A DNA stretch of 64,000 nucleotides, from assembly GCA_044228685.1 (NCBI GenBank), contig JBGAUL010000002.1, positions 135,611 through 199,610 on the forward strand, given 5' to 3'. How positions within the stretch are numbered: position 1 is the stretch's first letter; each line of letters begins with the position of its first letter. Position numbers and translations under genes: made by a program. Of the stretch, positions 1-9,649 are shown piece after piece. The DNA comes from Chlorobiota bacterium. Lineage in GTDB: Bacteria; Bacteroidota; Ignavibacteria; Kapaibacteriales; NICIL-2. The notes beneath the pieces were generated by a model. That model saw only the letters and a list, made by a program, of their open reading frames with translations, did no database searches and was not told where the DNA came from.

Positions 1-882
1 AGTCCGGAAATGGTCAAGCTTCACTTGACCGCTTACAACAACGGTCCTACCGCCATGGGCACCTTCATCCAAGACCATGATGGAGCCTTGTACTTCGAAC
101 ACGGGGCCGGCAACGATGGATTCTGCGGAGATTTTATTGCGAGCCTTGAAGATGGATACGGGGTCGCGATCTTTATGAATTCTGACAATCCCAAATTGTT
201 ATCTGAAGTCATTAACAGTGTTGCCAAAGAATACAATTGGAAGAACTTCTACCGTGAGCCTCACAGAAAAAAAGCAGTGACCGTGCCGGATTCAATTCTG
301 CGCGAGTACGAAGGAGTCTATCTCTACGATCGCAACTGGGCCGGCGTTGGACGTCATGACAATGAATACCAGTTTTACGCCAACGGCATGTTTGCGAAGA
401 TGTACTTCACATCGCCTACCTGTTTCTTCAATACGGAGTTTCAAGCTGTAAAGGAATTCGTGAGAGATGACCGTGGCGAAATAGTGGGTTATACCCGCAC
501 TGTCGATGGCAAAGCTTTTGCTCCTTCAACGCGCATCACTAATCCCGATACCTTGCATGCAGCCGACAACATCTTCCAAGAAATCGGCTGGTTCTACTTT
601 GAGGCGAAGAAGTATAAGGAGTCGCTGGCCTATCTCAAGCGCGGTGCTGAACTTTATCCAAAGAACTTGGACCTAGTTATGAACCTGGCGCACGTGTTTC
701 TCTTCAGCGGAGATAAAAGTTCCGCCATGAAAATCTATAAAGCTCACCGTAACGAAGAAGAGAGTCCGGGCTACAGCTGGGAGAAGATGCTCGAGTCATA
801 CATCAAATACTTCAAAGAGCACGACTTTGATGTCTCGGTGTTTGATGAAGTGAGAAGGGAATTGGGCTTGGATAAACATTAG
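1..882 (+). CDS. C-terminal part of a beta-lactamase-family serine hydrolase with a TPR-like tail; 5' end lies outside the window
   Basis: Frame 1 is open from base 1 (SPE precedes the first Met at 10). The segment FEHGAGNDGF...NSDNPKLL resembles the C-terminal region of class C beta-lactamase-like hydrolases. The tail AYLKRGAELYPKNLDLVMNLAHVFLFSGD looks like a TPR. Confidence 0.5.
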   Translation, partial: SPEMVKLHLTAYNNGPTAMGTFIQDHDGALYFEHGAGNDGFCGDFIASLEDGYGVAIFMNSDNPKLLSEVINSVAKEYNWKNFYREPHRKKAVTVPDSILREYEGVYLYDRNWAGVGRHDNEYQFYANGMFAKMYFTSPTCFFNTEFQAVKEFVRDDRGEIVGYTRTVDGKAFAPSTRITNPDTLHAADNIFQEIGWFYFEAKKYKESLAYLKRGAELYPKNLDLVMNLAHVFLFSGDKSSAMKIYKAHRNEEESPGYSWEKMLESYIKYFKEHDFDVSVFDEVRRELGLDKH

Positions 883-998
883 TCCAATATCCTGATTGAG
901 ACTCGCGATAGAGCCCAGGCAACCAAGCCTAATCGTCACCCAACAACCCACCCCCAAAAAAAATCTTGCAACACAACCTCCCCGACCTCGTATATTGC

Positions 999-1018
999 AT
1001 TTAGATAGTTGTCTAAAT
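999..1018. promoter_or_regulatory. Inverted repeat ATTTAGA-N6-TCTAAAT, candidate ArsR-family operator, next to a TATATT -10-like box
   Basis: Palindrome read directly, about 40 bp upstream of the ArsR start at 1056. tatatt lies immediately 5' of it. Confidence 0.4.
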
Positions 1019-1055
1019 ACCTAAATAACGAAATACGACACTGACGGACAAACAG

Positions 1056-1316
1056 GTGAATCAGGTTTTCAATGCACTCAACGATCCGACGAGGCGGGCA
1101 ATTCTGGACTTACTGCAGAAGGGAGATATGACTGCCGGCGAGATTGCGGACGAATTCAATATTTCCAAACCAAGCATTTCTCATCACTTGGATTTACTTA
1201 AGCGAGCCAAGCTGGTGAGTTCGGTGAAGGAGGGACAGTTCATTCGCTACTCTCTCAGTACAACTGAACTGGATGAGTTAGTGAAGTGGATTTACAAGCT
1301 CCGCAAGGGAAAGTAA
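1056..1316 (+). CDS. ArsR/SmtB-family HTH transcriptional regulator (SdpR-like)
   Basis: 86 aa. The motif [13 protein letters not shown]...GEIADEFNISKPSISHHLDLLKRAKLV is the canonical ArsR wHTH. Confidence 0.85.
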   Translation: MNQVFNALNDPTRRAILDLLQKGDMTAGEIADEFNISKPSISHHLDLLKRAKLVSSVKEGQFIRYSLSTTELDELVKWIYKLRKGK

Positions 1317-1325
1317 CGCTAAGCA

Positions 1326-2063
1326 ATGTCGTATTTCATCAAACAGGTACAAGCAACTCACACAACTTTTTCAACTTTCAAAAACATGGAAACTCTTAAT
1401 CGCAAGAAAGAACTGATTATTTGGATCATTCTTCTCATCCCCTTTGCGGCTGCGGCATTTATGTGGCCATCAATGCCGGATCAGGTCGCTACACATTTCG
1501 ATTTCAACGGTCATCCGGATGACTATTCGAACAAAGCTTTTGCCCTGCTTATCCTGCCGGGTGTCAACATCTTTCTGTATGTGCTGATGTACTTCATACC
1601 GAAGATTGATCCGCGCAAGAACAACTTTGATCAGTTTGGATCATCCTATCAAAACATACGTTTGATGACGCATGTGTTTATGGTGTGCATGTTCTTCTTC
1701 ATCAATCAAACAGCGATGAATGGAGGCAGCATGAACCTGCGTCCTTTTGGTGCCGGACTCTTCCTCTTCTTCGCCTTCTTGGGCAATTACATGCGCACGG
1801 TGAAGTCAAATTTCTTCGTGGGCATTCGCACTCCATGGACGCTGTCGAATGATGAAGTGTGGCGCACGACGCATCAGATGGGTGGACGACTCTGGTTCTA
1901 TACCGGACTCGTCATGGCTGGACTATGCTTCATCATTCCCGAAATGGTCATTCCTTTCGCCATGATCATCGTTCTCCTAGTCATCACAATCTGGCCGGTC
2001 GTCTTTTCCTATCGCGAATATCATCGCTTAAGCAAGGAAGCGAAACTCAGCAATCCATCGTAG
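1326..2063 (+). CDS. SdpI/YhfL-family membrane protein (DUF1648-like N-terminus)
   Basis: 245 aa with multiple TM helices. It sits 10 bp downstream of the ArsR-family gene, the classic SdpR/SdpI-like arrangement. Confidence 0.6.
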   Translation: MSYFIKQVQATHTTFSTFKNMETLNRKKELIIWIILLIPFAAAAFMWPSMPDQVATHFDFNGHPDDYSNKAFALLILPGVNIFLYVLMYFIPKIDPRKNNFDQFGSSYQNIRLMTHVFMVCMFFFINQTAMNGGSMNLRPFGAGLFLFFAFLGNYMRTVKSNFFVGIRTPWTLSNDEVWRTTHQMGGRLWFYTGLVMAGLCFIIPEMVIPFAMIIVLLVITIWPVVFSYREYHRLSKEAKLSNPS

Positions 2064-2117
2064 TTTTGAGAGCGACTTCTAAGCGCACTGAATTCTTTCA
2101 TGTATTGAAACACAACC

Positions 2118-2369
2118 ATGAACATTCGTGAGAAAGCGGCTCTCTTTATACTATGCGAACAATCGGCTCAGCCATTTCGTGATATTGACAAACGCGATGT
2201 CCGCGACGAATATCCTTACATGTTGAAGGAATTAGTTCAGGATGGATACCTCGATGCCATCTATGAAACTGATGCCGAAGGAACTAAGACGCTGAAGGGA
2301 TATCAGCTGAGTGATCGAGGTAAGATGAAGAAACGACTTTTGATGGAGAAATGGGAAGAAGAACAGTAG
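2118..2369 (+). CDS. small hypothetical protein (83 aa, charged)
   Basis: Good ORF directly upstream of a strong terminator. No recognisable motif. Confidence 0.4.
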   Translation: MNIREKAALFILCEQSAQPFRDIDKRDVRDEYPYMLKELVQDGYLDAIYETDAEGTKTLKGYQLSDRGKMKKRLLMEKWEEEQ

Positions 2370-2420
2370 AGACGCCGAGGGTCTTCCAAGACGCTTGATC
2401 AACAAGAAAATGAGCACAAT

Positions 2421-2457
2421 AAAAAAACCGCATCGATGAACTCAATGCGGTTTTTTT
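2421..2457. terminator. bidirectional rho-independent terminator (A7-ccgcat-loop-atgcgg-T7)
   Basis: A perfect 6-bp stem is flanked by an A-run on one side and a T-run on the other. It lies between convergent genes ending at 2369 (+) and 2481 (-). Confidence 0.7.
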
Positions 2458-2480
2458 GTGTGTGGTGATACACGACCGAG

Positions 2481-2831
2481 TTAGTTGAGATGCAAAAACT
2501 GCTTCTTTGCGAGAAGTTGTTCGACGCTCTCAACATGGTCGGGATGGGTGATAATGCAATCGACCGGACATTCCGATATGCATTGCGGTTCTTCGTGGAA
2601 GCCGTTGCATTCGGTGCATTTTTCCGGGACGATATAGTAGAACTCGTTACTCAGCGCTTCGTGCTCAGCGGTCGCATCGATGGCGTCTCCCCATGGAGCC
2701 GTGCTGCTTCCTTCCAAACTCGTTTTATCCGCATAACGCCATTGCGCGCCACCTTCATAGATGGCGTTGTTAGGACACGTAGGTTCGCACGCGCCGCAAT
2801 TGATGCAGTCTTCGTTTATGAGTAGTGCCAT
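2481..2831 (-). CDS. 2x[4Fe-4S] ferredoxin (YfhL-like)
   Basis: CINCGACEPTCP and CTECNGFHEEPQCISECP cysteine clusters. Confidence 0.85.
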   Translation of the reverse strand: MALLINEDCINCGACEPTCPNNAIYEGGAQWRYADKTSLEGSSTAPWGDAIDATAEHEALSNEFYYIVPEKCTECNGFHEEPQCISECPVDCIITHPDHVESVEQLLAKKQFLHLN

Positions 2832-2919
2832 GGTGACTTTCCTTTCTCAATAATTGAATGGTGAATTGTGTTGTGTCTTTTTCACGTCTCTCAATCGAGC
2901 TCTCATCAGCAGTTGTGGC

Positions 2920-3315
2920 TTAAACACTCAACTGCGCTTGATGCTCGCTCTTCCAATACCAACCGTTATCGCGTTCGTCTTCTTGACTCCAGTACGCGGG
3001 CAACAAAACGCGACCATCCAGTGTGCGCAGTCGTCGGGTGTAGAGCATAACCGATAACACGAAGCTTCGATCGGTCACACCAACTTTGAAAGTTTCCGGA
3101 ACTGCCGGAGCCGGCTCAACAGGCGCAGCTCCTTCTGTCTCGGTGGCGACTTTCTTCGGTGCTGGCGGAACGTTTTTCTGTATTTCAACTGTGTAGCTAT
3201 TGTGCTCAAGTACACGGCGCAAGAACTCGGCACGTTCAGCTGACGCATCTTTCTCGAGCAAGGCGCAACGCGTGCCGTTCAAAGCTTCAATCGTGTGTTT
3301 TCCGCTGATCGTCAT
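2920..3315 (-). CDS. hypothetical protein immediately downstream of nuoN (two segments joined by a Pro/Ala-rich linker)
   Basis: 131 aa ORF. Its start ATG at 3313-3315 abuts the nuoN stop codon at 3314-3316 (ATGA overlap), so it is co-oriented and probably co-transcribed. Linker PPAPKKVATETEGAAPVEPAPAVPE. Confidence 0.5.
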   Translation of the reverse strand: MTISGKHTIEALNGTRCALLEKDASAERAEFLRRVLEHNSYTVEIQKNVPPAPKKVATETEGAAPVEPAPAVPETFKVGVTDRSFVLSVMLYTRRLRTLDGRVLLPAYWSQEDERDNGWYWKSEHQAQLSV

Positions 3316-3316
3316 G

Positions 3317-4738
3317 TTAGATTCCTTTACTCAGCGAGTACATAGTGTCGAAAATCATCGAAGCAAATCCTATAACGATGATGCCTCCAACGCAAAGCAC
3401 CAAGGCCATCCTCGTAAATGGACTGCTTTTGAAATGCTCGATGGGTTTGTCATTAGCGTTGATAAACATCGCCTTCACAACGAGCAAGTAGTAGTAGAGT
3501 GAAATCGTCGCATTCAGCGTCGCAACGATCAGCAACCACACCATCCCCTTCTGCGCCACAGCCATGAAGAGGAAGAGCTTACCAAAGAAACCGGCTGCAG
3601 GTGGAATGCCTGCGAGTGAGAACAGAGCCAGCATCATCGTCAAACTCAACATTGGATTCGTCGTGTAGAGTCCGTTGTAGTCATCAATTGTCTCTTTACC
3701 CGTCTTTGCCGAAATCACCGCAACAACTCCGAAAGCAGCGAGATTGGAGAAGATGTAGACCAGCACGAAGTATAGCACTGAGGTCATGCCGAGCTGTGTT
3801 GCGGATAACACGCCAAGCATCAAGAATCCTGCTTGCGCGATTGATGAGAAGGCCAGAAAACGCTTGAGGTTTTGTTGACGAATTGCAAAGAGATTACCAA
3901 TGGTCATGCTTAGCACTGCAAGCACTACCAGCAATTCCGTCCACATTGACACCATTGTTTGAAATACACTAAACAGCGTGATCAAGAAAATGAAGACAGC
4001 TGCGCCCTTAGAGACAACCGATAGATAGGAGCTGATATTGATTGGCGCGCCTTCGTACACATCAGCCGTCCAGAGATGAAATGGCACGAGTGATATTTTA
4101 AATGCCAATCCGGCCATGAAGAAGATGAAGGCCAGTGCTTGCAATCCTCCGCCAACCATTTTCGTTGAGCATTCTGAAAAGAGTAATGAGCCGCAGCTGC
4201 CGTAGATGAGAGAAATGCCGAAGAGCATGACGCCTGAGGACAATGCGGCGAGGAGAATGAGTTTGATGCCTGCTTCAGCTGACTGTACCTTGCCCTTTTC
4301 AAAAGCAACCAGAGCTGCAATGGGAATGGTGGCCAGTTCGAGTCCGAGCATGAGCATCAGGAAGTGTCCTGCTGAGACCATAAAGCTCATCCCCATCAAA
4401 GTCGACAACAACAGAATCGTAAACTCAGTGCTCTTTGCATAATTCTCTTCTTGACCCAGCCAATCGGCTGATTGTAGGATCACAATCAATGTTCCGATGT
4501 TCAGAATATTCTTCATCATCGCAATCAGCGCTGATGATTGAAACATGCCGCCAAAAGCATGAGCGTTTTCTTGGGGAAGGAAGCCGACGATGCAGACGGC
4601 TGTCATGAGTATGGCCGAGACCACGCTGATACGCTTGCGCGATGAACTGGAACGGAAGAGATCCAGGCAAAGCAATACTACAATGACCAGAGTCAGGAGT
4701 ATCTCGTTTCGCAGGAGGGCTAAATCGTGCAGTGTCAT
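3317..4738 (-). CDS. nuoN: NADH-quinone oxidoreductase subunit N
   Basis: Polytopic antiporter-like subunit. Likely start at MTLHDLALL; the ORF track's longer N-terminal extension would overlap nuoM. Confidence 0.9.
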   Translation of the reverse strand: MTLHDLALLRNEILLTLVIVVLLCLDLFRSSSSRKRISVVSAILMTAVCIVGFLPQENAHAFGGMFQSSALIAMMKNILNIGTLIVILQSADWLGQEENYAKSTEFTILLLSTLMGMSFMVSAGHFLMLMLGLELATIPIAALVAFEKGKVQSAEAGIKLILLAALSSGVMLFGISLIYGSCGSLLFSECSTKMVGGGLQALAFIFFMAGLAFKISLVPFHLWTADVYEGAPINISSYLSVVSKGAAVFIFLITLFSVFQTMVSMWTELLVVLAVLSMTIGNLFAIRQQNLKRFLAFSSIAQAGFLMLGVLSATQLGMTSVLYFVLVYIFSNLAAFGVVAVISAKTGKETIDDYNGLYTTNPMLSLTMMLALFSLAGIPPAAGFFGKLFLFMAVAQKGMVWLLIVATLNATISLYYYLLVVKAMFINANDKPIEHFKSSPFTRMALVLCVGGIIVIGFASMIFDTMYSLSKGI

Positions 4739-4745
4739 AGGTCTC

Positions 4746-6236
4746 CTACTGAAGTTTTTGTAACACAAGTGAAACACTTCCGCCAATCATATCAGACAAC
4801 CACAACGGCGCTAAACCCATTGCCATTATGGCGAGCATAAGCGTCACAACGCTGAGCTTCTCTTGCCAACGTGCATCCGGAAGTTCGCGGAAATGTTCGT
4901 CGCCTACCGGACCAAGCAGCATCTGCGCCACAGCGCGAAGAATGTAGACTGCGGTTGCAACAATGGAAGCGACGGCAAGGATGGTTGCTGTTCGATGAAA
5001 TACATCGCCGTGTTGAAAGGCTCCGACGAAGATGCTCATCTCGGCAGCAAAGCCGCTGAGACCCGGCAAGCCAAGCGAGGCCATACCGCAGAGCACATAG
5101 GCCATTGACAGGAATGGCATGATCTTCATCAATCCACCCATCTTGTCAATCATGCGCGTGTGTGTCCGACCGTAGATCATGCCGATCAATCCGAAGAACA
5201 GAGCACACATAAGACCGTGAGATACCATTTGCAAAACCGCACCCGTCATTGCGGATTTGTTGAACATCAGCAAACCGAAGAGCACGAGTCCGCAGTGACT
5301 CACCGATGAATAAGCATTGATATACTTCAAGTCTTTTTGAACAATCGCGCCCATCGCACCATACATCACGCTGATAGCAGTGAGGATGATGAAGATCCAC
5401 GATAGTTGTTGTGCGGCTTCGGGAAGCAGTGAGATGGCAATCTTGTAGCAGCCGTAACCGCCAAGCTTCATGAGAACTCCGGCGTGGAGCATGGAAACGG
5501 CGGTTGGAGCGGACGCGTGACCATCCGGTGACCAGGTATGAAATGGAAAGAGAGCACCAAGTACTCCAAATCCCAAGAAGGTCAGAGGGAAATACAAGAG
5601 TTGGTCTTGCAGCGGCAAATGCATGGCCGAGATTTCCGTCAGACTAAAGGTCAGTGTTCCACTTTGCGCCGATGCACTGGTGGCTATTCCCAACAATCCC
5701 GCCAAGAGCAATGCTGAGCCTCCCATGAGCATGAGCGTCAACTTCATAGCCGAGTATTCCTTCGGTCCGCTTCCCCAAATGCCAATCAACAAATACATCG
5801 GTATCACCGCGATCTCGTAGAACAAGAACATGGTGAAGAGGTCGAGTGAAATGAAGAAACCGTAAACGCCGCTAGACAGAAGGATGAGCGAAATGAAGAA
5901 CTCTTTGGCTCGATAGGTCACTTCCCAAGAAGCAAAAATTCCTGCAAAGACGACGATGCTAGTGAGGAGAATGAGGGCAACCGAGACGCCGTCGACGCCG
6001 ACTGCGTAGTAAATGTGTAGACTTGAGAACCAGAGCCAGCGTTGCTGGAACAAGATATCCGGACATCCCGCTTGCTGACGTTGCAGCAAAAAGCTCACGA
6101 CCAAGACAACTGATAAAATCAACTGCAGGCTCATGCCAATAGCTGAGATGCGACGTACCTGGTGAGGATGATCGACGAAGAGCAGCGCCATCACCGTCAA
6201 CACAGGTATCAGAACGAAGAGTGAAAGAATGTCCAT
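4746..6236 (-). CDS. nuoM: NADH-quinone oxidoreductase subunit M
   Basis: 496 aa antiporter-like subunit. Assigned by position in the conserved nuo gene order. Confidence 0.9.
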   Translation of the reverse strand: MDILSLFVLIPVLTVMALLFVDHPHQVRRISAIGMSLQLILSVVLVVSFLLQRQQAGCPDILFQQRWLWFSSLHIYYAVGVDGVSVALILLTSIVVFAGIFASWEVTYRAKEFFISLILLSSGVYGFFISLDLFTMFLFYEIAVIPMYLLIGIWGSGPKEYSAMKLTLMLMGGSALLLAGLLGIATSASAQSGTLTFSLTEISAMHLPLQDQLLYFPLTFLGFGVLGALFPFHTWSPDGHASAPTAVSMLHAGVLMKLGGYGCYKIAISLLPEAAQQLSWIFIILTAISVMYGAMGAIVQKDLKYINAYSSVSHCGLVLFGLLMFNKSAMTGAVLQMVSHGLMCALFFGLIGMIYGRTHTRMIDKMGGLMKIMPFLSMAYVLCGMASLGLPGLSGFAAEMSIFVGAFQHGDVFHRTATILAVASIVATAVYILRAVAQMLLGPVGDEHFRELPDARWQEKLSVVTLMLAIMAMGLAPLWLSDMIGGSVSLVLQKLQ

Positions 6237-6281
6237 AGTCAGTTACTGTTAATTCGTTTTCTCAATCGCAACACTCAATTC

Positions 6282-8198
6282 CTACACATGCGCCGACAAT
6301 GCAGCCGCAACGAGTAAGAGTGCTGCTGCAACAAAGACAAATGCATACCATTGAAGTTGTCCTGACTGCAACGAACGAGTACGCCACGACACTTGATTTG
6401 TCAGCCACGCAATACCGTTCATTGCCGCATCAACCACATGGCGATCAAACCATGCAATAGGTGCTGCAACGCCTTTGAAGATGAGACTCTTGGTAACGAA
6501 GAGATAAATCTCGTCGATATAAAACTTGTTCAATGCCGAGCGATAGAAGAGTCCGATGCTGCTTGCAATGCGTGCCGGAACATCACTTGCTCGACGGTAC
6601 AACATCGTCGCAACGCCAATTCCCACCACTGCCACCGCAATACTTGCACCTGCAATTGGCCACTCCGTATGCGTTGCGAAGCGATGTCCGTCGCTGCTTA
6701 CGAATTGTCCAAAAGGAATCCACCCCACAGTACACGATGCCACCGCCAACAGCATAAGCGGCAAACTCATGACCAACGGTGCTTCGTGCGGATGATGATG
6801 ATCGTTGGAATACTCGCGATTCCAAAAAATGGAATAGTAGAGTCGGAACATGTAGAAGGCCGTCAATCCAGCAACCACATACTGCACCGCAAAAACCAAT
6901 GGATTGTGTTCCCAGGCAGCAGCCAATATCTCGTCCTTTGAGAAGAAGCCCGCAAACGGCGGTATACCTGCAATAGCCAAGCATGCAATGAGAAATGTGA
7001 GATGCGTGATGGGCAGGGCCTTGCGAAGTCCGCCCATGTCTTTCATTTCATTGGAATGCACCGCATGAATCACCGCGCCGGCTCCAAGAAAGAGCAGTGC
7101 TTTGAACATGGCGTGTGTAAAGAGGTGGAACATGGAAGCCATGTATCCAAGACCGTGCTCTGAGCCGAAACCGCTGACGCCGAGCGCGACCATCATGTAG
7201 CCGATCTGCGACATCGTCGAGTAGGCCAACACGCGCTTGATATCGGTCTGTGTGCAGGCAATCACCGCAGCAAACAAAGAAGTAAATGCGCCAACCCATG
7301 CAATGATGGACAATGCATCGGGTGCTACTTGTGCGTAGACCGGGAAGAGTCGTGCGACCAAATACACACCGGCAACAACCATAGTAGCGGCGTGAATGAG
7401 AGCCGAAACCGGCGTCGGACCTTCCATTGCATCCGGCAACCACACGTGCAGTGGAAACATTGCCGACTTCCCTGCTCCACCCATGAAGATGAGTAAAGCA
7501 GCAAGACTAATCAGCGGAAAGCCGAGAAAGGTGATGGATGCGTTTTGGTGAAAGACGGCAGATGATGGATCGCAAAGCGATACAAAATCAAAGGTTCCTG
7601 AAATCGATGAGAGCAGAAGTATGCCGAGTAGGAAGCCAAGGTCAGCAAAGCGCGTGACGATGAAAGCCTTCTTTGCAGCAGCCACAGCACTTGGTTTTTC
7701 GTAGTAGAATCCGATGAGCGAGTAGGATGAAACACCGACAAGCTCCCAGAACATGTACATCTGAAAGAGGTTTGTGGCTACGACCAATCCTAACATTGAA
7801 AAACTGAACAAGGATAGAAAGGCGTAGAAGCGAGCAAAGCCGGGATCATCGCTCATGTAGCCCAGCGAGTAGATTTGCACCATGAGGGAGACGCCTGTCA
7901 CGACAATGAGCATCATCACCGAGATCGGATCGAGCAGTATTCCCAAATCCACGTGCAGCAGATCACCAAAGTTGAGCCACAGCATGTGAAACGGAATCTG
8001 GATATGGAAACTATCGCTGTTGGATGCAGCCGTGAAGTAGTTGAAGGCTATCATCAACGAAAAGATGAAGCTCATGAACATGCCGCTTGTGCCAAGCAAG
8101 CCAGAGAGACGCTTAGGAAGACGCGATCCTAGGAGTCCTGTGACGATGAACACGCCAAAAGGAATCAGAACAACAGCAAGACTAAGTGATGCATCCAT
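6282..8198 (-). CDS. nuoL: NADH-quinone oxidoreductase subunit L
   Basis: 638 aa antiporter-like subunit with a long C-terminal helix region. Confidence 0.9.
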   Translation of the reverse strand: MDASLSLAVVLIPFGVFIVTGLLGSRLPKRLSGLLGTSGMFMSFIFSLMIAFNYFTAASNSDSFHIQIPFHMLWLNFGDLLHVDLGILLDPISVMMLIVVTGVSLMVQIYSLGYMSDDPGFARFYAFLSLFSFSMLGLVVATNLFQMYMFWELVGVSSYSLIGFYYEKPSAVAAAKKAFIVTRFADLGFLLGILLLSSISGTFDFVSLCDPSSAVFHQNASITFLGFPLISLAALLIFMGGAGKSAMFPLHVWLPDAMEGPTPVSALIHAATMVVAGVYLVARLFPVYAQVAPDALSIIAWVGAFTSLFAAVIACTQTDIKRVLAYSTMSQIGYMMVALGVSGFGSEHGLGYMASMFHLFTHAMFKALLFLGAGAVIHAVHSNEMKDMGGLRKALPITHLTFLIACLAIAGIPPFAGFFSKDEILAAAWEHNPLVFAVQYVVAGLTAFYMFRLYYSIFWNREYSNDHHHPHEAPLVMSLPLMLLAVASCTVGWIPFGQFVSSDGHRFATHTEWPIAGASIAVAVVGIGVATMLYRRASDVPARIASSIGLFYRSALNKFYIDEIYLFVTKSLIFKGVAAPIAWFDRHVVDAAMNGIAWLTNQVSWRTRSLQSGQLQWYAFVFVAAALLLVAAALSAHV

Positions 8199-8254
8199 AA
8201 TTGTCAGTCATTAAGAGAAGTGCTCGCGTCAATTCACGCAAAGACTCCACATCA

Positions 8255-8572
8255 TTAATACTTCATCGTATTCGCTTCTTCCACGTTCACGTTCCTCATG
8301 TGCTTATACAGCGCAATGATGATGGCAATAGCAACCGCCGCTTCGGCCGCGGCAACACCGATGATAAAGAGCGAGAAAAACAATCCGTGCATGTGATCCG
8401 GAAAGAGGTAGTAATTGAAGGCTGCGAAATTCAGAGCAACAGCGTTCAGCACTAACTCAACCGACATGAGGATGGCGAATAGATTCTTTCGTGAAACGAA
8501 ACCGTAGACACCGATGAAAAACATCAGGGTGCTTACGATAATGATGTGCGATAGTGGTATATCACTAAACAT
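8255..8572 (-). CDS. nuoK: NADH-quinone oxidoreductase subunit K
   Basis: About 105 aa with 3 TM helices starting at MFSDIPLSHIII. The longer ORF upstream of this Met overlaps nuoJ. Confidence 0.85.
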   Translation of the reverse strand: MFSDIPLSHIIIVSTLMFFIGVYGFVSRKNLFAILMSVELVLNAVALNFAAFNYYLFPDHMHGLFFSLFIIGVAAAEAAVAIAIIIALYKHMRNVNVEEANTMKY

Positions 8573-9101
8573 GATTGTCCTCCCCATCTCTACGCGCAAT
8601 AATGATTGCCGCAACCATCGCCGCGAGCAGAAGAATACTGATGACTTCAAAAGGCAAAGCATAACCGTTATCGCCGGTTGATACGAGCGAAGTACCAATG
8701 GCATGCATGCCGCTTTCTGCAGGTGTCTGACGAGGTTGGAATTGATAATTCACGAGTGTGAGCAAAGTCATGGCTGCACCAAATCCCGCAAGCGCTAAGG
8801 CACCGGCGCGCTTCCAGAGCGCAGCGTTCTGCATCTTTTCTCCGACGCTGCTGGTGAGCATCACGGAGAAGATGATGAGGACGATAATGCCACCGGCATA
8901 GAGTGTGAGCTGGACGGCGGCCAGGAAAGTGTAATCCATAAGGAAGTACACTCCGGCGGTTGCAATCAATACGCTGAGGAGGAATACCGCCGAGCGCAGA
9001 AGTCGCGCACTAGTGACGGTGAGCAAAGCTCCAATCAGGATGACGGCAGAGAAGATGTAAAACAGTATTGCTTTCATATTAGTCAGTCGCCTTTTCTTCA
9101 A
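8565..9101 (-). CDS. nuoJ: NADH-quinone oxidoreductase subunit J
   Basis: 178 aa membrane protein, assigned by position. Confidence 0.85.
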   Translation of the reverse strand: MKKRRLTNMKAILFYIFSAVILIGALLTVTSARLLRSAVFLLSVLIATAGVYFLMDYTFLAAVQLTLYAGGIIVLIIFSVMLTSSVGEKMQNAALWKRAGALALAGFGAAMTLLTLVNYQFQPRQTPAESGMHAIGTSLVSTGDNGYALPFEVISILLLAAMVAAIIIARRDGEDNHV

Positions 9102-9573
9102 CTCCCGACATGATACTTGAACCCGGTCTATTCAAAATCTTGATGAGCTGTGTGCGGTCGGTAACAGCATGCTCGAAAGTCTGATCCATCACAATCGCAT
9201 CTGTCGGACATGCCCGTATGCACAGATTGCAAAAAGTGCACATCGCCAGATTGTACACGAAGGTGTCAATGATCTTCTGCTTTTTGTTGTTCTCGAGTAG
9301 GATGTGATCGCTGATGATGCGAATGGTTCCATTCGGACAAGCCAGTTCACACGCAGAACATCCCGTGCATCGATGCTGGTTGTTCTGATCGTGTATCATC
9401 ACAACCTCACCGCGAAAACGCTCGAACATTTTGAGACTCAAGCGATTCTCAGGGTATTGTTGCGTGACGATTTCGCTGGGATGCGTGACGTAGTGTCCGG
9501 TGACCTTCATCCCACGTACGAGCGACTTCACGCCATCGATGACATCGCGGACATATTCTGTGATTTCGTTCAT
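9079..9573 (-). CDS. nuoI: NADH-quinone oxidoreductase subunit I (2x[4Fe-4S])
   Basis: CTGCSACELACP and CTFCNLCIRACP. Confidence 0.9.
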   Translation of the reverse strand: MNEITEYVRDVIDGVKSLVRGMKVTGHYVTHPSEIVTQQYPENRLSLKMFERFRGEVVMIHDQNNQHRCTGCSACELACPNGTIRIISDHILLENNKKQKIIDTFVYNLAMCTFCNLCIRACPTDAIVMDQTFEHAVTDRTQLIKILNRPGSSIMSGVEEKATD

Positions 9574-9649
9574 AGCTTCAGATACTCGATACTGTCACAT
9601 TAATACTCAACTCACTCTCAGCACACACTCAACTCACTCTCAACTCACT

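Noticed and set aside
1859-2131. 90-aa plus-strand ORF overlapping the 3' end of the SdpI-like gene in another frame
   Set aside because: Overlaps a well-supported membrane-protein gene and has an Arg/His-rich, low-complexity translation.
2490-2825. 111-aa ORF antisense to the ferredoxin gene
   Set aside because: The mirror ORF of a strongly supported Cys-cluster ferredoxin. It has no motif.
6393-7443. several 65-180 aa ORFs on both strands inside nuoL
   Set aside because: They lie entirely within a 638-aa conserved membrane subunit. The Cys/Arg-rich translations are typical of out-of-frame artefacts.
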